Shown here: positions 17,501 to 26,500 of the stretch, piece by piece
Numbering within the stretch: the stretch's first letter is position 1
Layout of the letters: every line of letters begins with the position of its first letter
IMG/VR virus record: IMGVR_UViG_3300021133_000590
Span: 1-28,253 of that record
DNA length: 28,253 bases
From: a virus
Lineage: Duplodnaviria > Caudoviricetes
Strand: one strand, 5' to 3'
Program-made: the position numbers and the translations under genes
Notes under the pieces: model-generated
Told to the model about the DNA's origin: nothing
Database searches by the model: none
What the model saw: only the letters and a program-made list of their open reading frames with translations

Positions 17501-20500
17501 TTCTTAAATCAACTTTCATGTGATTTAAAAAAGAGTATACAATGTTTGCAGTAGCTACAGAACCTATAGAATCAGCTCCCATCATAGTAGCTGCTCTATC
17601 ATTAACCATACCTAAAAAGGAATTTACATCTGCATTTTTTTCTGTAAGCATATTATATACAAACTGTCCATATGTACCATCTTTATCTTTAAACTCCTCA
17701 AAGTCCTTGACTAAATCATCTACTACATCTATAAGAGGTTGTGTAGTTGTAGGGGTATTTGCATTTTTAACAGTTTCCTTATTATTCAACATAGCAATTT
17801 TAGCTGCAAGTATATTGTTATTAAGGACACCGTTGTTTAATTTTACACCACCTGCTTTAATAAACTCCTCTATATTGGATGGGAGTTTTAAATCCTTTAA
17901 AACATTTTTTATACGTGCATCCTTGTCAAAGTTATCTGTAAGAGCCTGTATAACTCCATCAGTTGTGTAGAGTTTATCTCTATAATACAAACTTTTTACA
18001 TCTTTATTGTTATTTAACAAATAGTGTACATATTCATTAAACTGTCCTTGTTCTGTTTTTGCATAACCGTATTGAATTCTTTCGCCTCCTGAATTTACAT
18101 AAGTATCAGGTACAGACACATAATCCTTATCAATATCATTATCTGCACCAGTTCTTTCATAATACTCTCTTGCAGCCATTATTACAGATCCCATTTCTAC
18201 AGGTAGTTGATCTACAAACTCAAAAGATGTTGCTGAGTTTTTATCTACATAAGGAATACGGGTACCAAAACCAAAGCGATCTTCATCTGTGAAACCATTT
18301 ATAGCCTGTTCTTTAAAATGCGCAGGTATAAGAGCTTCTGTGAAATATCCTATAGGTTCATTATTTTTAAATTTTAAGTAGTTGTCTCTTAAATCATCCA
18401 GTATATATACCGGACCTTTTTTTAAGGCTTTTTCTAACCCGTCAAACCTTCTTTCGTCCTTGTTGTTGTATTTTTTTAATTGATTGTATTTTTTAGGAGA
18501 TTTTTCAAATTCTCTTTGAGTCACAACTACCCATTCTTTTGGTTGTCCTAAAAGCTTTTGATCTTCCCCATATTTATCTATATCTGCTTGAGTCCAAATA
18601 CTTTTGACTTCTTTAACTTGTAAACCAGCTCCATGTGCAGGAGATACAAGAGCCATAGAATGTCCTGGAACTGTTTCTCTTAGAACTCCTTTAGAAAAAT
18701 AGGAAAAGAAGATACTTTCAATCTTGGGAAGTATAGAAGGAAAATTGATATTATACTTAGGTTGACCGTTTTTATCTAACTCCATAAACTCTAACATTTG
18801 GGAGTTTGCTCCTGTAGCCTCTAGATTTTCTTTTGCAGATGTTAAGAATTTTGCTAATTCAGGAGTCACTTTACCCGCATCAATGGAATCCTTTATATTT
18901 TTAGTCACATCCTCTATTTTAAATAAACCGTCTCTTGCAGTAGTGAAGTTATTAGAAATTCTTTGAGCTATATTATCCATATAGATTTTTAGAACTTCTT
19001 CTATAGGAACCATTTTACCTTTATACATTGTAAGAGTATCCAGGTTTTGTTCTGCAGGTAATTGCAACTTGGGTTGTGAAGGATCTGTGATCTCTACTTT
19101 ATTAGAAGGGTTTTGTAATTGCTCTTTAAAAAACTTAGTTTGTAGTTTTTCAAAATGATGATCTTCTACATTTTTAAATCCTTTAGAAGTGTCATACACA
19201 TTTCGGGTCAACATCTTAGACGATGATGTAGGATGTGCAATAGCTACAGTTTCTTTTCTATCTTCAAAGTTTTCTAGGGCTACTCTTAAATCATGTAAAG
19301 CTTCTTTACCGGGTCTTGCTTTCCAAAATCCATCACTATCTCTATAAGACGTAAAACTTTTAAATAAAGGAGTAATAGAAAATTTAAGGTAAACTTGTCC
19401 GTCATTATGAACCATCTTTAAGGAGTTAAATGCTCCATTATCTTTTAATCCCCCTGATTCAAAAAACTCTTCTGGGGTTACTTTCTGTCCATTTATTAAC
19501 TTTTGTAAAATAGCCGCTTGGGTTGTATTTAAAGTACCTTTACCATAAAGCATATACAAATACCCTTTAGCTGTACAAAGTCCATGACCATCATCTACTT
19601 CAAGAGTATAATCAGGAGTTAACTTTTTATTAACTGTTTCATCTGTATAAGTTAAATGGTAGTACTCTTTTAAAGCTTTTTCTACACCTACGTTTTTATC
19701 AGCAATCACCCCTTCCATAGATGGTCCTGTAGCCATTGTACCGGATTCTCTTTTAACTATATATGTACTATTTTTATATAGCTTTGATTCATCACCATGC
19801 AGGAGATTATTTATAAGAGAGGTGTTTAAGAAAGCGTTTATATATACCTGTGCTACATTTTGTTTAAAATTTCCCTTAGATAAAAATAATTTACCGTCCT
19901 CTTTTTCTCCTAAACCGTTAAACAAATAACCTGGAACTAGTCCTTGATTTTCTAACCTACCTGCAGATACATAGTCTCCATCATCTTCGATGATCATGCC
20001 CTCTTTGACCATTTTATTGATCATTTGTTGGACTTGTCCTTTATCTCCAAGTAAGTACTTATTTAATTGTTTTTCAATTTTTTCTTTTAAAGAACTGAGA
20101 TTCCCGTCTTCTTTTTTAGCTTCTGTCTCTATATCTTTCTTTAACTCTGAACCAACCCAATCTTCAGTCACAAAGAGTTTAAGCCCTTTCATTTTACCTG
20201 TATTCCAGTCTTCTATTTTATTATGCCCTGAAAGAGGTTTATTGTCAGATGTCATATTATGTACATCCCTGATTCTATTAAACTCCTCTTCTATTCTGTT
20301 ATAAAGTATAGAAAGGGCATTTTCTGTTAAGGTAATTTTGCCCTCTGCATTTTTTAAAACACTATGAATAACCGGAAGTTTGATAATAGAAAACATACTT
20401 TTTTCAGCAGGTACACGAATAGGTACTAATACCCTATAGAAAGATGAATCCTTGCTCTTAAATACCTGGCAGTCATTTTGTCCTATAATATTATAAAAAG

Positions 20501-23500
20501 AAAACAAAGATGATATAAAATCTTTATCATTAAAGTCAGTGTAGGTTAAACCTTCTTTAGATTTATCCATCCTAACTTTTTTGTCACTTAATTTATAGCC
20601 ACCTTCTACAACTTTACCAGTTTCAGGATCTACATAAGTATCTACCCATTCATTCTGTATCTCTTCTTCATCATCTCCAGTCTCTTTTTCAAGCCTCATG
20701 CCATCTATAAATTCTACAGATAACATGCCTTTATTCATTAGATACTTAAAGTTATCATTTTTTAGGAGAGGGTTGTTTTCTACTTCTTTTTGAAAGTCCG
20801 TTGATAACCCCTTTAACCATTCTGTATATCCTTTATTCATATCCCCTATTTGTACAGCAGAATAGAAAGGAAGTACATAGTTTGTTACGTTTTCTCCTGC
20901 AGCATTAGTGTGGGACATGAGATTTATACCCTCATCAAATATCATATTACCGTCTGCCCAAAACTTTAATGTTTGGTAAGATGTTTTAGCCCCTTTTTCG
21001 TCTTTAGAGAATATGTTTTTATCATCAGAGTTTAATTGACCAATAAGGTTTTCTAATGGACCCGGTTGTATCTCAGTTACAAGAGGATAAGAACTTACCC
21101 AGTCTTTTTGTTCTTTAGTTAGTGTTTGGGGTTGATCGTCGGGTTTTACTTTACTTTTTAAAATAGAATATTTTATATAATCCGGGTGTAATGAAATGCC
21201 TAAATAGTTTTCTAATGCGTTAGATATCTCTTTTGACTTTTCATTTATTGTATGATCTGTTACTGTAGTATCTTTATAGTCTATAAGATTTTTTAGAATC
21301 CTTAAACTATTTGTAGCTGTTTTTAATTTTTCTTGGGTAGGATTGGCAATGAAATTATTATAGAAAGTTTGCGTAAAGTTATTCTGCCAATTACTGATTT
21401 GATAATAAGAAGCATCTTTAACATTAGCATCACTTACAGTAAATTTATCCCCAATAATTCCTATATACTTAGTATTAACAAAGTATTGGTTAAATGCCTT
21501 TACAACCTGTTGTAAGAGATTTGCGTTCTTTGTAGCTATAATATTACCGCAACTATCTTTTACATTTTTAGGGTCAATACCCGCATTTTCAAAAAGGAAG
21601 TTTATAAACTGCTTAGTTTCAGGGTTATTATCATTCTGTATGAAGTTAATGATTTTATCTAAAATAACTTTACTATCAGAGGTATTAGATAAACATTTAA
21701 GCATCCCATTATACACTTTATTTGCATCTACAGCCATTACCATAGGTTGACCATTAGAAAAACTGTGATTAAAAAACTCATCACGTTTTCCTTTTTCTTC
21801 TAAGGTATAGGTAGTAGTTCCTATAAATTGTCTCATCAACGTAGGAAGTGCTCCAAATCCTCCTATAGTGAATGCAGATTCTCTTTCAAGTTTATTAGTG
21901 TTTAAAATGCCGTCTTCTAGTTCATCTGCTTCTGCTTTATCTGCATCAAGTTTTTGTTTTAATCCAAAAATTTTAAGATATTCATCTACAGACTCTTTAA
22001 GATATTTTCTGGATAAATTAGGAGTCTTGCCGTCTTTTTCATATTTGTTAAAAAGATATGCTCTATCAAATAACTTTTCTCTCCATCTTCTTTTTTCCTC
22101 CGGATCTTTAAAGTTACTATCTGCTAATTTCTTATATGCATCCATTCTATCTTTATTAGAAAGATCAAATGTTTCAGCATACATATCCAGTATATTATCT
22201 AGTATAGTGTTTTTATCATACTTTTTAGTTCGTTGATAAATTGGGTCACTATTTAATTGTTTTAAGAATAATGCAGCTATAGATGAAGATAAGTTATTAG
22301 CATCTTGTTGGGGAAGATATCTGTTAATGATAGTTCCATTTATTTCTTGTGTGCCTACAGGAATACTCTTTAATGCAGGTTGATTAATAGCAATCCCCTT
22401 CTGACCTGTAAACATGTTTTCCTGTAAACGGGCATTTCTGAATTTTCCCCTATTTATCTCATAAAAGAGTCCCTCTATTTTATTCCCTGAGAGTTTAGCC
22501 CACAACTCTTTAAAGAAATCTACTATTTTTCTAAAAAAGCTTTTGACAACATGGGATGTGTCTGTCTTATGATTTTGTTTCCATGCTTCAAACTTATCTG
22601 CAAGATATTCTTCATAGAATCTTGCTTTAATTTCATGTTCAGCATAGTTATAACCTTTTTCTCTAAAAGCTTGTAATTTTTCAGGAGTGGCAAAATTCTC
22701 TTTAGCTGCTATAGATAAAAGTTGATCTATTTGTTGTTGGTTTAATAAAAGTCTGAAAACTCCATGAAAAGCTTCATGGTATTTAAAAGGAGTATTTTTA
22801 TAAACTGACATTTTACCTTTTTGGTTTATGCCTTCCATGTAACTATAAAAAGTACCTACAGTTACATTATTGTCCAACAGGTTTTTTATAAAAACACCTC
22901 TATCTTCTACAGATAGAATATCTGTAGGTAAATTCTGTTCACACCATTTATTAAACTCTTCAATATTATCTATAGAAACTAAATCAAAGTGTTCTTCTTT
23001 ACCTATTCTTTTTTCTACAAAACTTTTTCTGTTATCTCCATGTTCCTCAAATGCCTGAGACCAATCAACTGTTTCTACAGGTGTAGATGGAGTAGTAGTT
23101 TCATTTTCCAGTACCTGTTGTTTAGTAAGCTTTTCATTTATTTGAGCCTCTGATATTATAGGAGTTCCTGCAGTAATACTGTTTATTTCTGTTTGTAAAT
23201 CTACTACAGGAGTACCATCTTCTCTGAACCATTGCCCTTCTTTTTGATAATAATCGTTATTTATAAGTAGTTTACTATTAGCTAAAGTTAATTCAAATGC
23301 GGATTTTTGAGTTTTATAATCTATGAATAAGGGTAAAAAATCTTTTGATATTATTCTGTATAGATGATCGTTATTTTCTGCTAATGCTAATTTGTTATTA
23401 TTTGCCGCTTCATAACTTTGCATATCCTGTTTCTCAAGCCAATCATTGTACTCTTTTTCATTTATAACTTTAAAGATATTTCCCATCATATCAGAAGAAA

Positions 23501-26500
23501 GTTCTTTTTCATTAATGATCTTATTTTTTAATGCTTCAAGAGCTTTATCTGAGTAGACAGGTTTTGCAATAACCTTAGGCATTGCATCATTTATAATCTT
23601 TTCATAGTCTCCTTTAAAGTGCCACAGAACATCTACTTTATCTACGATATTGTTATTAGCAACAGCATAGTTAGTTTTCATGTTCATTATAGAGTTGATA
23701 TCATCTTCAAACACTTGGTTTCTAAAATCATCTTCAGATACTTTTAAAGGAGCTAATGCTTTATGTTTTAGTTCACCGGAACTGTCTCTTTCATGTAGAG
23801 TTCTGTTTATACTATCAACAAAATCCTTTACAGAAGAGAAAGAAGGTTTTTCCATTGTTAAATGGAATTCTTGCCTTTCTTCTTTTTCTCCTATAGTTTG
23901 AGATATGTGAAGTGTCATTCCCCATTCTCCTGTCTCTTTTTTAAGTTTGTTACCTTCCTGATATTGAGAGAGTGCCGGAACTATTTTCCATTTTTGGTTT
24001 TCATCTATTACTCCTTTAGTGTGGTATGGATTGGTTACTATAAAGATATCCTTTAGATAATTATTCACAGCTTCACTTCCTCCTGGTACATCATTAAGGT
24101 ATTTTACCAAATCACCATCATGAGTAGCTATAAGTTTATCTATAGCTGATAACCTTTGAGATACTTCTTGTATAGACATTTCAAAAGGACTCAACTCAAT
24201 CCAATGTATTTCTCCTGTAGATAATTGATGTAAAAGCGAATATGTCCCAGGATAGTCACCTCTGTATTGTTTTGTAGACTGATATATAGGAGAATCTTCT
24301 AAAGATGTTGCTTCTGGATCAGCCCAAAGAATAAAAGGCTTTTTATCTGCATCTATTTTATTGTTAACAATAATAGCAGGGAACTCCTGACCATTTAAAG
24401 TTATTGTAGGTGCTCCTACTGTTTTTGCATAGTTAGAATTAGATACAGGTATTTCTGATAAGGGACTATATGGATAAGTTTCATTTTTAAGAGCATTATC
24501 TCCTCCATAACGCATATAAGAAACAATATCAAATCCTAAGAGATCTGTCACTTGTGTTCCTTTTAATTGATCCCTATCTTTCATTTTTGAAAGAACAATA
24601 TCTAAAGCAGCAGATTTTTTAATATCATTCTTAAAAGAGTTATATATATCTGTTGTAGTGACTGAACTTTCTTTATCATAAAATTCTGCAGGGGGATTAA
24701 AAAACTCATAGAAAAGCTTTTTACCATCAGCTCTCTCAATCAATTGTAATGGTGTAATCCACTGACCATTTACATTAAACTCATAGTATGCTGCATTAGG
24801 TCTAAGGTAAACAGGTTCTATTTTATTTCCTACCTTTATATTTAATTGATAAACTAAAGGAGCCTTTCTCATCCTGATATTAGGATTTTCAAAAAGATTT
24901 TCAGTGTAACTATTTTCTCCTTTATACTCTTTATTTTGTAAAGCAGTTAATTCTAACGTAGCATCATCACCTATAAGTTGTACCCCATTATTTAAAATAA
25001 AGTTAGTAAATCTTAATGCAGCATCAGCTTCAGATTCATTTTTATTTTTACTTAGTTGTATACCAAAAATGTCATTAAAATTTATTTTATGTGAATCAAG
25101 AGTCTTTTCTCCATTTTCATTTTCAATAACAGTAACAGTAGGATTATCACGTGTCTTTTCTACATTTTCTATAGGGTTTGTAGGGGGTTTTAATTCTGAC
25201 AAAGAATCAGAGTAATCTGCATTAAGTGTTTTAATACTTGCATTAATTTTATTATTTTTACCTTTTTGTTTAAGCTCTACCCTTCCTTCATCATTAGCTC
25301 CTGTTTGTATAAGAAAAGCCTCTCCTTGTTTATTATAAATAGTCTGTCCCTTTTGAAAGTCAGTACCTTCTATTTTTTCAAACTTTCCTCCAGGTTTAGA
25401 CTCATTTTCTACATATGCTCTTAGAGCATCATTATATTCCCTTTTGGTTTTAAAAGATCTTGTTCCTATAGGATTAGGTAATGATAGCTTATAATAACCA
25501 TTGATGGCTTTGGGAGGTTCATATAACCCATTTAATTTAGGATCCCATAACTCCACATCATCTTCCAGTAATTGTTTAACTTGTTCCTCTAATTCTGCTT
25601 TGATTTTAGCCTCTTCTTCTTTTTGAAGTTGTTCTTTTTCTGAATCAGTTCCATTAGGATACGCTTCTACATTTTCTTTTAGTTGTTCAAGTTTTTCCTG
25701 AGCCTCTTTGATTGCATTCTTTATTTCAGGAGTTAAATCATCTTTAGCTTCTTGAGATAAAGGAGTTCCAGAAAGGGCATTTGATACTACTTCTTTTGCA
25801 GTATTATCTACTCTCTTTTCTTTAACTTTCTGTTTTTGTTCTTGAGTTTTTTTAGTTTCTGTAGTTTCAGTTTTATTTGAAGATACATCTACTTTTTTTT
25901 CTTTCAATGCCTCTTTTATAGTACTAATATATTCGAGAGTATCTATATGTAATGCTATATTCTCCCTAGCTTCTTTTGTTTGAACAAGCCTTTGATGTTT
26001 TTCATTTAAAATTTGTAGGTAGGATTGAGCATCTTTTAAATCCTGGGAATAGTTTTCAAATTTTTCTATGAGTTGCTGTTGCTGTATTTCTAATGACCTT
26101 TTAGGATACCCCCCATCCTCATCTGTAAAATTAACTATATTAAAAATATCATTGATAGCTTTTTCAGTAACATCCACAACTTTTTGAAAATGCTCTATCC
26201 GGGAGTTCAACTCATCTATTTGATCTTGTGTTTCCTGTATAGCATATTCTATTTTATACCCCTGATATTTTTGAGTTAATTCATTAGGCTGCTCTTTAGT
26301 GATACTTTCCTCAATGTCCTTTATGTTATGTAAAGATTCAAAAGGTTTACTTGTTCTTTCTAACTCTTCTATAGCTCTTGAATACCTTTCTTTTAAAGTT
26401 GAAAGAGATTCTAAACTTAGAGATATATCTTGACTTTGTTCTTTAAGTCTATCTACAGTATTTTTAAGGTATTTTACTTTACCTCTTAAAGACTGTTCAA

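Noticed and set aside
8046-24056. Many 60-142 aa plus-strand ORFs inside the giant genes
   Set aside because: Ser/Phe/Leu/Ile-rich translations typical of the antisense frames of Glu/Lys-rich genes.
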